A stretch of DNA of 64,000 bases from Callorhinchus milii (Eukaryota). The stretch spans positions 78,990,001 through 79,054,000 of the forward strand of contig NW_024704743.1 in NCBI RefSeq assembly GCF_018977255.1. The letters run 5' to 3'. Made by a program: the position numbers and the translations under genes. The notes under the pieces are model-generated. The model was not told the origin of the DNA. It made no database searches and worked only from the letters and a program-made list of their open reading frames with translations. Shown piece by piece: positions 25,921 to 40,191 of this stretch (position 1 is its first letter; every line of letters begins with the position of its first letter).

Positions 25921-26026
25921 GTTTAAGGTCTGTACTGTTCATTTAATATAAAGGTGCACATTTAAGCATTCATTTCCTTGCTCAGCATCGTTGTGTATGT
26001 AACTAATATCTCTTAATTTATTCCAG

Positions 26027-26201
26027 GAATCTCATGCTTCCTAAAGGGATTCCAGCAGAGCGATGTTGGTCTTTATGGAGTATTAAGATTTACAAGGCAG
26101 AAGGGCTTCCAAAGATGAACTCTGGAATCATAGCCAAACTGATAGGAAACAACATGGTTTTAATTGACCCCAAAGTGTGTGTAATATTTGTTGATCAGCA
26201 G
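26027..26201 (+). CDS. fer1l4: exon 13 (FerI, C2C) NLMLPKGIPAER...KIYKAEGLPKMN...VDQQ
   Basis: NL.LP.G.P.ER and Y.AEGLP.M motifs; ttccag acceptor, gtaaac donor. Confidence 0.94.
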
Positions 26202-27040
26202 GTAAACTCTGTGTAATACATGATGGGATAAAGTTTATCGTCTTTCAAAACTAACACTATTAGTTAGTTTTGAAACATTTGAAACATTTGTTACTATTGA
26301 AACATTCCAACATTACAGACATCACAAGATCACAAGAGATAAAGAAGGCCCTTCATCTCATTTGATCTCATCCTTCTGGAATACCCACCCCAACATCACA
26401 GTATCAAGCTGTTAGTTTTAAAATGGAAATTTTTTTCAAAAGTCACTTTATTGGTAGTTAAAACTAACTGTTTAAGTGGCTTGAATTCTCCCAGAATTGA
26501 TCAAAAATAGCTGCGCTAATGAATGAATCTGGATAGCCAGGCCAAAACGTACACGTGAGCTGCACTCACACATTAGCTTGATGCTCATTAATGCACTAAT
26601 GCAGTAATGCCACTGAACTGCAAGATTACATTGAAAGTGTGTTACTCAGGTGCTATCATTGAAGAGCTGTTCAGGGTGATCAGAGCCTGATATTACAGCA
26701 TTTCCAATGTCATAAACACAGAAGAAAACAGCTAACATTAGAAAATGTAAATCAAAAATTGCCTTGCCCCTCATAATTTTACATCCGTGAATGTCTGTGT
26801 AGCCTGGTTATCAAGATCGCCTTGATTGAGTAACCCATGAACTGATACATTTTCCTGATAGACAAGTTGCTCTTTTTTGTCCCATTATGTGAGTTAAAGT
26901 CCTGATGTGAGGCTTGAACCCACAACCTTCCAATTCAAAGGCTAGAGTGCTACCAACACATTGTGCAGATAATAAAATAAATACATATTTGGCAATAAAC
27001 AAAGCCTCCAATCCAAATGACAAAGGTTTTCTTTCTTTAG

Positions 27041-27227
27041 GAGGAGACATCTGTCATGAGATGTACGACCAATCCTGCCTGGAATGAAAAAATCACTTTC
27101 ATGCAGCTTTTCCCACCATTATGTAGACGCATCAAAATCCAGGTGCAGGATGAAGCAAGCATAGGGGACACAGTCCTGGCTACACACTTCCTCACTCTAA
27201 ATCAGATCTCTGATGATGGCCCAGAAG
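27041..27227 (+). CDS. fer1l4: exon 14 (C2C) EETSVMRCTTNPAWNEKITFMQLFPPLCRRIKIQ...GPE
   Basis: P.WNE and LFPPLC motifs; 187 nt. Confidence 0.95.
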
Positions 27228-27673
27228 GTAATGTACCTTTTACACTAAAGCTATGAGGACATTTTTATTTGTTTAACAGAAGTCATATTTCCAAATCGTA
27301 AAACCAATTATGTCTGGGCCTTTATCTATGGAGCGGATGTTTGTAATCTGCACTACCTTTTTACCTTGTTTGAGAACTATTCTTCTGAGGCAGGGCAGGA
27401 GATAATATAAAAGGACTGTGAATGGTCTCTGGCATCTCAGCGAAGGAACCAGATCATCACATCCTTTTAGTGTATTACAAATTAATCGGGCTGTTGATTT
27501 TTAACATTTCACAATTTAAATCTTCATTAGATGTAGCATTCTGTTTTGTCCTAAGCTAGTGGCAAACCAAATGTAACTTGTCTTACATGTGCTGATGTGC
27601 TTTGCCACAGAGGTGAATATAACAAAGATTCGATCCTCAAACCCACATATTTTGAAATGCAATTTGTCAATAG

Positions 27674-28008
27674 GTTTTCTGCCAACCTTCGGCCCCTCGT
27701 GGGTGAATCTCTATGGCTCTGCTCAGAATTTTACAGTGAGAGATGAGCAGCAAAATGTCAATGAAGGCCTTGGCAAGGGGACATATTACAGAGGACGCTT
27801 GCTGCTGGCTCTAGAAGTGAGGACCCTGAGAACATCGACCTCTAAAAACAAATTGAAGAAGTCCAAAAATCTCTTCGGAAAAATCAGAAAAAAGTCAAAG
27901 CACAAACTGAAAGCTATCCAAGCCACTGAGGATGAAAATGACATTGAGAACCAGGAGCAGCCAACTTCTGTAGTGATAGAAATTGAAGACATTCATCCTC
28001 TTCCTGAG
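27674..28008 (+). CDS. fer1l4: exon 15 [15 protein letters not shown]...[16 protein letters not shown], polybasic insert, ...IHPLPE
   Basis: [14 protein letters not shown] ferlin hallmark; gtacgt donor. Confidence 0.95.
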
Positions 28009-30216
28009 GTACGTAGGAACATAGGTACTGGAGGTACATTGGGCGCATTGAACCTGTGCCAATATTTTGTTACATTGTGGCAGCTCTTCCACATTTCTAA
28101 CACTATTTCTGGAGGATTGTTGGCCAGAACCCTGGAAGAAACTCTTTTAAATAGTGTCATGGTCGATGTTAAACATCCACCTGAACAAGAAGGTAGGACC
28201 CTGGGTTAAATGGCTCATCTGAAAGACTACCTCTCCAAGAATGTAGCACTCTCCCCCCAATACTGCACCACAGCTTCAGCTTGGTCTATGATCTCAAGTG
28301 TCAATATAGTATTTGAACCAACAACTTTCTGGCCAGAGGTGAGAGTTCTACACACTCAGAGATGACCTCATAGCGATTTGTAACAGATAAAAGAGATTGA
28401 AAAAGTAAACCCAGAACAATCAGATAGCATGCAACAAGATAGTAGTACTAGAGGACACAGGTTTAAAGCACCAAATGACAATTTCTGCACAGATATTAGG
28501 AAGTATTTATTTACCTAGAAGGTAATGAGCGATTGAAACAGGTTACCAAGAAAGATGGTTAAGGCCTACACAGTGGACTCATTTGAAAAACAGCTTGATG
28601 CTTTAAGGAGAGGACTTTAGGATGACCATTCAGACATATAGGGTGGAGAGAGATGGCATCAAATGGGCACAAAAGGCCATTCAAATGATCTTGTGACTGT
28701 GTAAACTGACAACTCAGTGTCTCACTTAGCTCTCACTTTTCATAAGGTGAAATCCGTAAATGTAAAAAGATTAGTTGTCTGCTTAAGATGAAGCCACTTT
28801 ATGTGTTTAAGTGAAGTAGTTGTCATCTGTGGTGTGGCAGAAGGCTACAGAATATAAGGAAAATCAGAGATGAGTGGTTCTCACACCACAGTTGTGGATC
28901 TGCTAGCAATTAACACATGAGCAATGTTGATTGTGGCCTGTATGTGTATTGTTCACCTTACCTTTCAGTATTCAGTAACCCAAGGAAGACTAAAAAATAA
29001 TCTCTAACAAATATAATCTGACCTTCAAGATACAGATCAGATGGGCTGAATGGTCTGCTTCCAGGCACCATCATTCTGTATAATTCTCCAATGACTCAGT
29101 TGGTAAAGCCACTACCTAATTCTCACTATTTCCTGAGATATGCAGGAACATATACTACCTAGTGTGAAATTGGAGTGCAGGAAAGGTCAAGCTTCACTCC
29201 TGGTATGTGCTCAATTAGCTGATCTCAACCAGGGCGGTAATTGGAGTGGCAGCATTAGGGAAGAAAAATTACCTGCTAATGACTGCAATTGGGATGTCTC
29301 CTGACGTATTGTATTGTACTGATTTCTACCGAGCTAGAAAATATATTTGGATGTTGGGTGACAAGAAGACAACAACATGACACATTAAATACCCCAGTGA
29401 AAGTCAATACATCCAGACTGTGGTGTGTGTGTGTGGCGTGTTTGTGTGGGAGTGGGAGAAAGTGATGGTGATTGTGGTGTCTCTTATTGTTTTAGCTACA
29501 ATGTAGTATCTGTAAATCATCATAATAATAATACTCCTTGCATTTGATATGTGCTGAAATGCACATAAGCAAGCAACTAGCTATTTTGCAAATCTCATCA
29601 ATTAACCGGCTATTCACCAGTGAAATTGACGCATTGAATCCCATTTGAGAACATCACATATTAGAGCTCATTGAGTAAAAATGGTTTACATAGAGCTATG
29701 GCTAATATGTGAGATTTTATTATAATTTTTATATTATCATAATAAAACCATGAGAGTACAGTATTTTAGCAAAGGTTGTTTCTGGTTTAAACAACTCCCT
29801 CTGAAAGAAGATTGCTCTCCGAACCAACGCTACCCCACGTAAAGGGAACTATATAAATGCAAGATGTTGTTGTCTTTATTGATGATTACTTGAGGTTAGT
29901 AGTAAGTAATAAGGGAACACATGAGTAAAGGTTAATTGTGGTTGGCCAGTGGAAGCAATATATACATTCCTGGCACAAAGAAAAGATCATGATAGTATAG
30001 TATACTGCCTCATGATAGAAACGTTGTAATGGGGGCAATCCAATAGCACTCATCCTTTTATCTATTCATTCTTTACAAGTGACTAACACACAATGTACCC
30101 TGATTGAATGGTTATCTGAGCTAATACTGTAGTCCTAATTGTTCCATTAACAGGGCACCATTAACTGGGGCTATCATCAGTTATACATGGCAAGATGTCA
30201 GAATGACTAATGCTAG

Positions 30217-30387
<171 letters not shown>

Positions 30388-31050
30388 TAGTATATCTCTA
30401 AGTGACCAAGTTTGGAGGAAGTATTTAAACAATGCAGCATTTAGAGCAAGTTGTAAATTCAGTTCCAAGTTTTTCAGCAGGAAAAGTCCTGTGATATTAG
30501 CTTGTTTTGCATTATTTTGCTGAGATAAAGCAATTCAGCACAAATCCTATAATCTGTATGCCTGTTGTGAAATAATTAGAGGTCACAGGAAACCACAGAG
30601 ATAAGGTGGTGCAAAGCCATGGAGGCATTTAAACATAAGGATAAGCATCTTGAAGTTGATCCATTGAGGATAAGGAGCTAATGGAGCCAGACAAGGATGG
30701 GGATGATGCGTCCATGGAGCATAATGTGGGAGAGGCTGTGAGCTGCAGAATTCTAGATGGTCTGGAATTTGTGGAGAGTGGTGCTTAGGAAGCTGGAGAC
30801 AGGTTAACCTTATCATTATTGACTTGGATTACTGTTGAATCACCTAGTTTTGCCAGAAAGGTTTTCTCGGAGACAGAGAGACTTATGTTTACCTTCTATT
30901 CCTAAATGAGGATTTTTTAAAAAAAATACGCTGCTGATTTTATTGACCTCAAAAGGATGGGTTCCAATTGGAAAACCCTTGAGGTGGGGGAAAGGACGAG
31001 GTGAAGCGGGGGAATTATGGTCTTGTTACAAGTGTTATTCTTTTCCAAAG

Positions 31051-31231
31051 GCAATTATGGGAAATTGAGTGCACAGACAGAGAAGAAAAAGGTAAAGGCC
31101 CGGGCGGAAAGTGAAGAGGCGGAACTTCTGCTGGAGGATGAGGAGGAGGATCAGAGAAGTGACACTGAAGAGACTCAGCCCTGTCACTCGATCACCCCAC
31201 CTCATTACCCCATTGAAACTAAAGATGAAAG
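31051..31231 (+). CDS. fer1l4: exon 17 NYGKL...acidic stretch...SITPPHYPIETKDE
   Basis: GNYG and S.TPP..P motifs; phase 1 to 2. Confidence 0.92.
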
Positions 31232-32109
31232 GTTAGTTTTTTCACATTCGTTGTACTTTACGCTCAAAGCATACCATTATTTTGGAAAATATCACAATAA
31301 CTGACATTTGCTAGCTAGTGTGTCACCCAGTTCTGAAACACAACAGAAGTTGTTACAAGTGCTGAATACTCGCTGTCGCTTTAAAACCAGAGTAAAACCT
31401 GGCTCAGATATCGAGTTTCTAGAATCCAAAGCTTCAGATTCTGTCGTTAAAGGGAAGAAAAAAAACAACAACAAATAAACAAAATAACAAGTCATAGGTC
31501 AGAATTAAAAGCACAGATGCACTTGGCAGAACAAATGCTGGGAGTATCAGGGGATTTTGATGGGTGATTAAATAGAAAACACTATTTGAAAACAGATGAA
31601 AGGTGAAATGTGGAATTTGTTTCTTTAAAACGTTACATCAAGTGATGTGAAATGCAACTGAAGGAAAGAAAGGAAAATATAGAAAATTCTGGCTGAGCCT
31701 GAGGGAGAAAGGTTGATATGGCGTCAGCAGGTCACAGAGATAAGAAGGAGTAAGGCCTTCCTAAGGTGGGCGAGGAGGATTTGAAGGGATGAGGATTTTG
31801 AACACTCTCCTCTGTGAGGGTGTGGAGCCAGATGAGGGTGGGGGGGTGATACTTAGGGTCACAGAGGCTGGTGTGAGAGTGGACACATCCTGCAGAGTAA
31901 AGTCCACTTGAATAGGCAGACAGTACCTCATTTAATGTCTTATCACAAGAACAGTAACGTCCAGCACTGAACCGGAGTTTCAGCCTGGTCTGTGTGAGTT
32001 CAAAGTTCCTATGTGGGGCTTGAAAGTACAATCTTCTGGCTCAAAGGAAGGAGTGCCTCCAACTGAGGCAGGCTGATACCTAAATGCAAGATACTGTGTG
32101 TAGAAAAAA

Positions 32110-32780
32110 TAAGATATCAACATAAATTCCATAGATGGGATAGATATTCCAAGGGAGAAGCTGAAAGAGATGTAGGGTTGCTGGTTAACTCACTAGTGAC
32201 CATGTTGAAAGAGTGTGAGGCAGCAATAAACAAGGCAAAAAGGATGCTGGGTTATACAAATCAGTTGAGTTCAGATTAGTAGTAATCTTACTCAGCCTCT
32301 ACAGTGCTACACCTAGAGTATTGTATTGCTACTAGAATAATGGAACTGCCCAGATCCTAGAGGAAAACAACGAGGATGATCCCCAGTATTAGGTACATGA
32401 GCTATGAGCAATGATTAGGCAAGCTCGGGCTCTTCAATCATGAAAAGAGAAGACTCAGAGGGGACCTACACAAGTACATCATATTTTAAATAGGATTTAA
32501 ATTGAACTCAGAACAATGTTTCTGGATCCTCTGGGAAAGCAGAACAAAAGAAATAGGTTGATGGTTGCAAAGGGGAATTTCAGGCCACCACCCCAGGAAA
32601 TATTTCTTTTGTGAGAGATAAATTAACATTTGAAACAGGTTAGCAGGGAGGGTAGTTGAGCTCAAGATGCTGGACTCATTCAAAAAACAGCTTGATGCTG
32701 TGAGGAGGATTGGAGGGTGGGAGTTCTGGAGAGATGGACCAAAGGACCACCTTTATCCCAACCTCTCTTTTGATCTTGTG
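32110..32780 (+). mobile_element. Decayed CR1-type LINE 3' fragment
   Basis: aaggcaaaaaggatgctggg, gaaaagagaagactcagaggggacct and ttcaaaaaacagcttgatgc; homologous to 35290-36545. Confidence 0.75.
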
Positions 32781-33131
32781 ACCCGTGAGCCAAAATTTGT
32801 AAGTATAAATCAGGGAAAACCAGCATGGTTTGTGAAAGGCAGACCAAGTCCCACAAAATAGTGATATAAAACCTTTTATACTCAACATTATTCAGGGCGT
32901 CTGCTCAGACCGGTTTCTTTTTTTTTGCCAATGTAACAATTTTCTACCTTCTGCATTTTGTCCAGATAAAGACGTCTCTGTAAAGCAACCCCCTCACAAG
33001 AAATAACAGCCATCTGTGTGACAAACCTGCTTCAGGTGGATGAGAGCTACAGTTTCCATAATGCCCTTGATTAATCTTGTGCTTGTGTCTCATAATGTGA
33101 TGCAATCTAATTTGCACATTCTGTTTTGCAG

Positions 33132-33252
33132 CTTTTTCTATTGCATCCCATATCGAGATGAAAAACCCTGTGTTTCTGTTTGGAGCTTCTGGGAGGACCA
33201 CTGCTGGAGGCTTCATGTCTCAAATGCAATCAAGCAGATCGCAGAGGTGTTG
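33132..33252 (+). CDS. fer1l4: exon 18 FFYCIPYRDEKPCVSVWSFWEDHCWRLHVSNAIKQIAEVL
   Basis: KPC...S.WED...RL..SN motif; 121 nt. Confidence 0.94.
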
Positions 33253-34662
33253 GTAAGTTGGTATTTCAATTTGCTGAGTGCTCCAACATACTATCCCTTG
33301 TAAAGGATGCTATATAAGTGCAAATTGTTGTTTCTGTTGTTGCTAAAATCCATTCATTGAAATTTCCGATATAGTTCTATTGACCAGGGTGTTATATATA
33401 TTGTTGACTCCTGTCACTATTCTTCCTTAGTCATTGTGATGACTACTCTGCATCACTAGGCCAATGAAGACGAAAATCAGTCAGGGTTCCTCCTCATTTC
33501 TAGCAATACAACACCTTCTGAGAAATGCCAGTGCAGGTAGACAGGATTGGGCTCAGGAATAATTCCTCAGGAGGTGAATAACTAGTCGACATTCACTGGA
33601 GGTGAGGATGTGCTTGAACGGGAAATCTACAGTGTAAATGGGTAGCTTGTGTCAGGAATAGTACCTTGGGTATTAAAGCACATCTCCTGCCCGAACCCCT
33701 ATGCATGTAAATCACACTGACTCACGATACCTCATCTTCAAGCCAAAGTCACCTCGAAGCAGATTTTTCACAGTTTGGAGTAACATATGTGAGATCCACA
33801 AAATCACATTCAGTCCACTTTATCTCATCCTAAACAAGAGATATAGTGTACACCCTGAGGTACTTTATCCAGCAAGAGACACCATTTGCTCAATGTTTTC
33901 CATTCAAGCACGTTTTCAACACCACTGACTAGGTTGTCACATGATGAGGTACGACAAAAGTGCTCTGGGGCGCTACCCTGCACGAGGGGCACTGTATAAA
34001 CACAAGTTGTTGTTGTTGTTGTTGTAACTCAAAGCTACCAGCTCCGGTTGAATTGTGCATCAGTAAGAGTCAACAAAGGAAAGGATTAATTTACAACAAT
34101 TTATAACCCCCAAGCCTTCAATTTATTGTCTTATAACTGAACTTTGAATCCATTGATTATGTGACAGAGTTGTTTAATGTGGGATGGATAAAATACAGAG
34201 CAGCCAGAAAATAAGACAAGATCATTAACGTAATTTGTAACACGGAAGACCTTGTGATGTTGGCTTATATTGCATTACATCCCAGAAAAAAAAGGACACG
34301 GTATAAATTCTGTAGTTTTTAGCAGGAAGAAAGGACTGAAGGAAATTAATAATTGCATAGTCTTGAAATCTTAAGTAAGAATAACTGAGAATAAGAGGCA
34401 ATGTGACGAGTCTTATTTAGAACATAAGCAGGTTATGTGTCCTGTCCATGTACTGATGCTACATTTTGCCACATGAAATGGGAGAGGAGCTGAGGGGAAA
34501 AAAAAACACCTATTTGCTGCTAGCAGTGAGAGAGGTGTGAGTATTTATAATTTAGAGTTTGGTGAGTTGATGGCCATTCTTGAATGAAAATACTGGACAT
34601 GTTGTTAAATGCATGTTGCAACACAAAGAAATACATGCATCAGGTTTATTTCCTTTTGGCAG

Positions 34663-34763
34663 GAAGAAGATATCCAGGAAGTTGAAAAGATGTTGAGAAA
34701 TGAGAAGCCAGACACTGTGAAGAGTCTGCATCAAACCTTTGAAGCACTGAAAATAATGTGCAG
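34663..34763 (+). CDS. fer1l4: exon 19 (FerA region) EEDIQEVEKMLRNEKPDTVKSLHQTFEALKIMC
   Basis: ttttggcag acceptor, gtctgt donor; 101 nt; helical FerA-like; phases fit. Confidence 0.85.
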
Positions 34764-35177
34764 GTCTGTCTGCAGCATTCGCTAAAGCCCCAAAACATTA
34801 ACAGCAGCGGTCTGAGACAAGCACTTATTCTTAACCATTTCTTTCAAACCAATGATTCCTAAAGAACCCCAGCGATGCAACTTAAATAGTATTGTGGCAC
34901 CGACTGGCGTTTTAAGGAAGATAGAAATGAGATCTCAGTGACCCATTTATTCGTTTAACTTTTGTCTCCAGGAATTAATTGGATGTTTGGGTGAGATCAA
35001 TGATCTTTGTAAGTAGAAAAGCGATATGTTAACAGCAATTTACTCTTTGAGTTCACATCAATGTTACGTTTAATACCTTAATTTATTTTGTACTTTCATT
35101 TATTTGTAGTATTTTAATTGATATTTAGTACTTTCATTTATGTTTAATTTAAAATAATTTTGCTTTCTTGCTGACAG

Positions 35178-35265
35178 CCAGTTCACCACATTTTCTAAAA
35201 ATCTCCTGATGTCAAGACCCACAGAACTGGACAGGAAGAGACAAAGATCACTGGACCTGTACTTA
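35178..35265 (+). CDS. fer1l4: exon 20 QFTTFSKNLLMSRPTELDRKRQRSLDLYL
   Basis: T.LDR.R motif; gtgagt donor. Confidence 0.88.
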
Positions 35266-35289
35266 GTGAGTAATTTTCATTTTGTCAGT

Positions 35290-36545
35290 GGTCACAGAAG
35301 GAAGCAGAGAGCCACTGTTAGGGGAGCTAGGTCAAAATGGGGCGGGGAGGGGGGTGATATTACGACGGTGCCTCAAGTGTCTGTATTGGAAACTTTCCTA
35401 TTCCTTATACAGTTTATTCTTTGACGATAAGGCACTATATCATTTGAAAGGATTATTATTATTATTATATATTAATCACCTGGATTCACAGAACCAATGT
35501 AAGGCAGATAAATTTGTGGCTTACACCAAGGTAGGTGGAACTGAAGAATCAGAGGAGGTAGCAAAGGTTTTACAAAGAGAGCTTGATAGGGTATATACAT
35601 GGGCTAATACCTGGCAAATGCAGTTTAAAACAGATCAATGTGAGGTACTGCAGGCCGGAAGTAAGAATATGAAACACATGTACTCCATGGATGGGATAGA
35701 ACTTGCCAAGGGGGAAACTGAAAGGTATCTAGTTGACTCTTTATCAAAACAATGTGAGGCAGCAAGGTAAACAGGATACAGGGCTATATGAATAAATCAG
35801 TTGCGTTTATATTCCCAGACATCATACTCAGGTTGTACAGTGCTCTGAACAGACCCTATTGCACACAGTCTGACACTGCAACATCATGGGAGTGTCCATA
35901 CCCTTAGAGGCAGTGCAGAGGAGATCAAAGAAGATGATCTCCAGTGTTAAAGGAATGAGCAATGAGCAACAATAAGACAAGCTAGGGCTCATCAGTCTTG
36001 AGAGAAGACTTGCTCAGAGAGGACCTTGTAGAGGTATGCAGAGTTTTAAATGGGTTTGAAAAAATAAACCTAGAACAATACTTTCGGATGCACCAAGACA
36101 GTCGAGCAAGGGGACCCCAATTGAGTGAGGACTCTCTCACTCAATCCCTCCGCCTTGCCTCCTCGCTCCCTGCCTAAAGACCTTCCTTTCTGATCGTGCT
36201 TATGGTCACCTCCCTCCTCCCTCTACCCCTGGTTGGTTATCAGACTCCGCCATTGTGAAGAGCTCCGGGACACTACAGTACATGAACGGCGCTATATAAA
36301 TGCAAGTTGTTGTTGTTTAGAGTTGCAAAGAGCAATTTCTGGTAAGATCAGGACTATGTAGTTACCCAGAGGGTAATTAACAACTGCAGCAGGTTGCCAG
36401 AAAGATTGCTTAAGGCCAGGACACTGGACTCATTTAAAAAAAAAGCTTGATGCTGTGTTAGTTGGACAATAGGGTGGATTTCTAGAAGGATGAGATCAAA
36501 TGGGCTGAAGGGCTTTTTTTAATCCGAACGGATCCTTTGTTCTTA
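35290..36545 (+). mobile_element. Decayed CR1-type LINE fragment with a nested SINE tail (about 35410-35470) and L2 end (about 36125-36316)
   Basis: ORF 35282-35770 has YINHLD...KFVAYTKVGG...LQRELDRV..WA..WQMQF...C.VL (CR1 RT region). Confidence 0.8.
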
Positions 36546-38201
36546 GATTATTTCATAGATTAAAATTAGAGCTGCTTTTAATTATTCTGATTTATTCAGG
36601 AAAACATCCTAACTAGAGCAGATTTTTCTTACATAATCAAGACACTTGTTAAAATTGGCCAAGTGGGTTGGCATGACAATTTGAAAAAACACTGCGGAAA
36701 CTAAAAATGAACTTAATGATTTTAAAATTTAATAAAACAGGTTTAAGGTTGAAAATATCAGGTCTCATGAGATTAAATACCAAAGATTTAGCCTGCCTTG
36801 GGGATAGAAAATACAGTATGTGATATGACAATATGTGGCATTCTGCCTCTGTACATATCACAATGCTAGCCATGGGGGACTTTCCTTCTGCTGTGGATGA
36901 ATATCCACTGTCCTTGTTACAATGATTTCATCCAAAAGCCCATCTCTGTCATAATTAAGATGGTTAGTGGAACTTCTAGTTCTTCTGCTGCACAGATGCC
37001 AGTATTTGGGTGCCGGTTTAAAGAATACAATACAAAATTACATTTGTTTAGCGCCTTATAGCGGAGTGGGGGATGAAGACGACAACGGGGCAGGATGAGG
37101 ATTATTGTTTGGGTAACTCTAAGCACTCCAGTGAATGTTTATGGGACTTGTTATGTGCAAATTGGCTGCCACATTTGCCTACAAAATACGTGACTACACT
37201 TTCAGGATATTCTGTAATTTGAAACTTCCTCCTTAACACATTACACACAGATTATTATGTCATTTTCATCTCAAGGTAGATTGACGATTGTAATACTTGC
37301 TGAGAAAGCTCCCATAACAAGTTCGCATACAGGAAAGGAGACTGCTTTATCTTCTGAAATAGTGCTGAACTCCAGCATTGTAGCCCTCACTGATATTTGG
37401 AGCTTACACCTCTGTTTACAATGGCTTCATACCCAGAGTAACCGGTAAAGAGACATCAGTACAATTTGTTTAAGATAAAATTTGTCATCATGGTTCTGAT
37501 CTATCAGCAAGAAGTTTTCTTTCCCCAACCACTTGAACAAAACAACAACAACAAATTGCATTTATATAGTGCCTTTCACTTTGGGAGGACGTCCCAAGTA
37601 GCTGGAGAATGAGGTGTTTGGCCCCAAGCTGTGGGTTTGGAGCAAAGAGGGATGGGTCACAAGGGGCGTGGAGGAGGAAAGATGACCAAAGGCACGGTTG
37701 AAAAGGAAGTTCTTGCGATGAGCCTTGAAAGAAACAAGGGAGTGGGCAAGGCGGAGGGGCTCCGGGATGGAGTTCCAGAGGGTGGGCCAGAATGGCTGAA
37801 TAGTGGAGCAGGCCAGTGCCTACAGAGCAGAGGGAGTGGACAGGTTGGTTTTTTAACTTGAAAGCACTTTTGGACGTCCTCCTGATGTTAAAGGCAATAT
37901 AGATGCAAACTTGTGTTGAATTAAACTAGGATGGTGCTGTAATGGTGCAATGATAAAAGAGAATCGTAGTTGTACAATTGGTGTTAATGTTGAAAAATTA
38001 ACAATTCCCTGGAACTCCACTGGAATCCAACCTTATTGTATTTGTGTTCACAAAATCAGATGTTGAGCTTGATGACCTTCATGTACAGATTTATTCAATT
38101 AATTGCTACATGGAAAGGCTTTTTTTTCTAGTCCATGATTTATCATTTACCAAAATCACAAGGAGTTTAATTAAAAGCATGACATTTGTTTTCTGCCGCA
38201 G

Positions 38202-38318
38202 AAAAATGTCATTGAAATGGCAGCTGCATCACAGAAAGAGCTGAGCAGGGAGACTATACAAGTACTCTTACACAAAGCCAAACATATCTTGAAAGAGCTG
38301 TATTGGTGGGCTGATGAG
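38202..38318 (+). CDS. fer1l4: exon 21 KNVIEMAAASQKEL...LYWWADE
   Basis: 117 nt; ends with ADE before the FerB PQ; gtaagg donor. Confidence 0.88.
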
Positions 38319-39269
38319 GTAAGGAATTGTCAGATAAGACATTGCCTCAGGGAAATTTCACCTTCTTGAAGTTTGTTAGACATTGTCATCTTTGTTTTTT
38401 TATATAGTAACATGCGATCACACTGATACAGTCTCTTCACAAGAAGTCAAGAGGATTTCTACCATGAACACAATGGCATTAGTTTAACAGTACATTTGAT
38501 ACATTCCAGACCATGCCATTGAGACCAATGTGGCATTTCTGCCTCCCATCTGTCCAGATATATTGGATTCAGAAATATGGATTGTATATTTAAACAGACC
38601 TCACTTACTGGGAAGCTTTCTGAATCAAATTGAGCTGGACCACAGATCTTAATGGAGTCAAAAATTGTGAAATTCCAAAACACATTCTTCTCCTTAGCTT
38701 TGATTTTTTATTCATATTAAACACCTTGTCAACTGGAAACTATCCTTACAGACAGGTTTGAGACTGAACATTTGCTAGACTTTGGGAGAATGATTTCTCC
38801 CTCAGGCTTCCCACAGTCAATTTGCACACCAGCTATCTAAAAAAGATAGCAAGATTTTATTCTTAGCTGCGAGAACAACCTTGAAATCTATACTTCAAAA
38901 TTGTTTACCGCTGAGGATCTGATGAAGATACTGAAAAAATTTCTCCGTGGCCTGTTTAGAGGCTTTCTTGATCTGCAGGGATTATCCCCAACCCAGATAT
39001 GAAGGACAGGTTTCAAATATATTTGTCAAACCCTAACGTCGTTACCATTTTTGAATTGTTGCCATTGATAATTAAGGAACACAAATACATTTTGTAATTT
39101 TGATCGCATTGTTTTAAAACAATTAGGCAGGTTTCAACAATTTTACGGATTATTATACTTGCCAGGTTAACTGTGTGCTATCTAGTTGGTTGGTTTTAGG
39201 ACTTTTTCTATTATAAACCCTGGAGCCATGAACCTTCTCTGCCTATACTTCCTGACCCCCAATTATCCT

Positions 39270-39940
39270 TTCTCCCCACATCCGGTCCCTCACCAGCCTT
39301 CTTCCACCTCCGACGCATCGCCTGTCTCCACCAATAGCTCTCTCCGAAAGCCACTGAAACCCTGGTCCATGCCTTTGTCACCTCTCGGCTGGACTATTCT
39401 AACCCCCCCCTCGCCGGCATCCCCTCTGCTACCATCCACAAAATCCAGATTATTCAAAACTCTGCTGCCCGCACCCGCACCAAACTCCGCTCCCCAATTG
39501 CCCCAGTCCTTGCCAGACTGCACTGGCTGCCTATCCCAGAGAGGATCGACTTCAAGATCCTCACCCTTGTCTTCAAATCCCTCCACACCTCTGCATCTCC
39601 CTACCTCTCTGACCTCTCTCCTCAAAACAGTACCTGTTGTCTTCGTTCCTTCGGGTCTGGCCTCTTCCTTGTCCCCCAAATCCTCCGCTCCACCATCAGC
39701 GGCCGTCCCTTCAGCCACTACGCCCCAAGGCTCTGGAATTGCCTTCCTCATTACCTTCGTCTTGCTCCCTCCCTTCCCATTTTCAGGTCTCTGCTGAAGA
39801 CCTTTCTTTTCGACCGCGCCTTTGGTCACCTTCCTCCACTTCCCCCGGCTCGGCCCCGGGATCTGTTACTGTAAAGCTCTCTGAGACGCCATCTGGTGTG
39901 GTGGGCGCTATATAAATCCAAGTTACTGTTGTTGTTGTTG
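39270..39940 (+). mobile_element. L2-type LINE 3' fragment
   Basis: ccatgcctttgtcacctctcggctggactat, ctgcactggctgcct, ttcaagatcctcaccc, ctctggaattgccttcc; (gtt)n tail. Confidence 0.9.
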
Positions 39941-40038
39941 CTGTATTTGTTTTATTGTTTTTTATTTTTTTTTAGAGTTTTTAAAGATTATTATGTCCTT
40001 AGGATTCCTTGGCTCTGCCTCATTCCCTGTCTTTATAG

Positions 40039-40191
40039 CCTCAGATTACTATTCCTCATGTATTCATCTGGATGTTGAGTGGTGGCAAACGGATTGCCTA
40101 CACATGTGTGCACACTCAGGACATTATATATTCAATCTCACAATTCGAAAGAGGCAAGCATTGTGGAAGACCTCAAACTCTGTTTCTGAAG
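40039..40191 (+). CDS. fer1l4: exon 22 (FerB) PQITIPHVFIWMLSGGKRIAY...HCGRPQTLFLK
   Basis: PQ..IP.VFIWMLS..KR.AY and CG...TLFLK FerB motifs; 153 nt. Confidence 0.95.

Noticed and set aside
27589..28209. 206-aa ORF as a stand-alone gene
   Set aside because: Only 27674-28008 is exonic; the flanks are intronic read-through.
39186..39915. Long overlapping ORFs (203 aa + and 179 aa -)
   Set aside because: Off-frame and antisense readings of a GC-rich L2 fragment.
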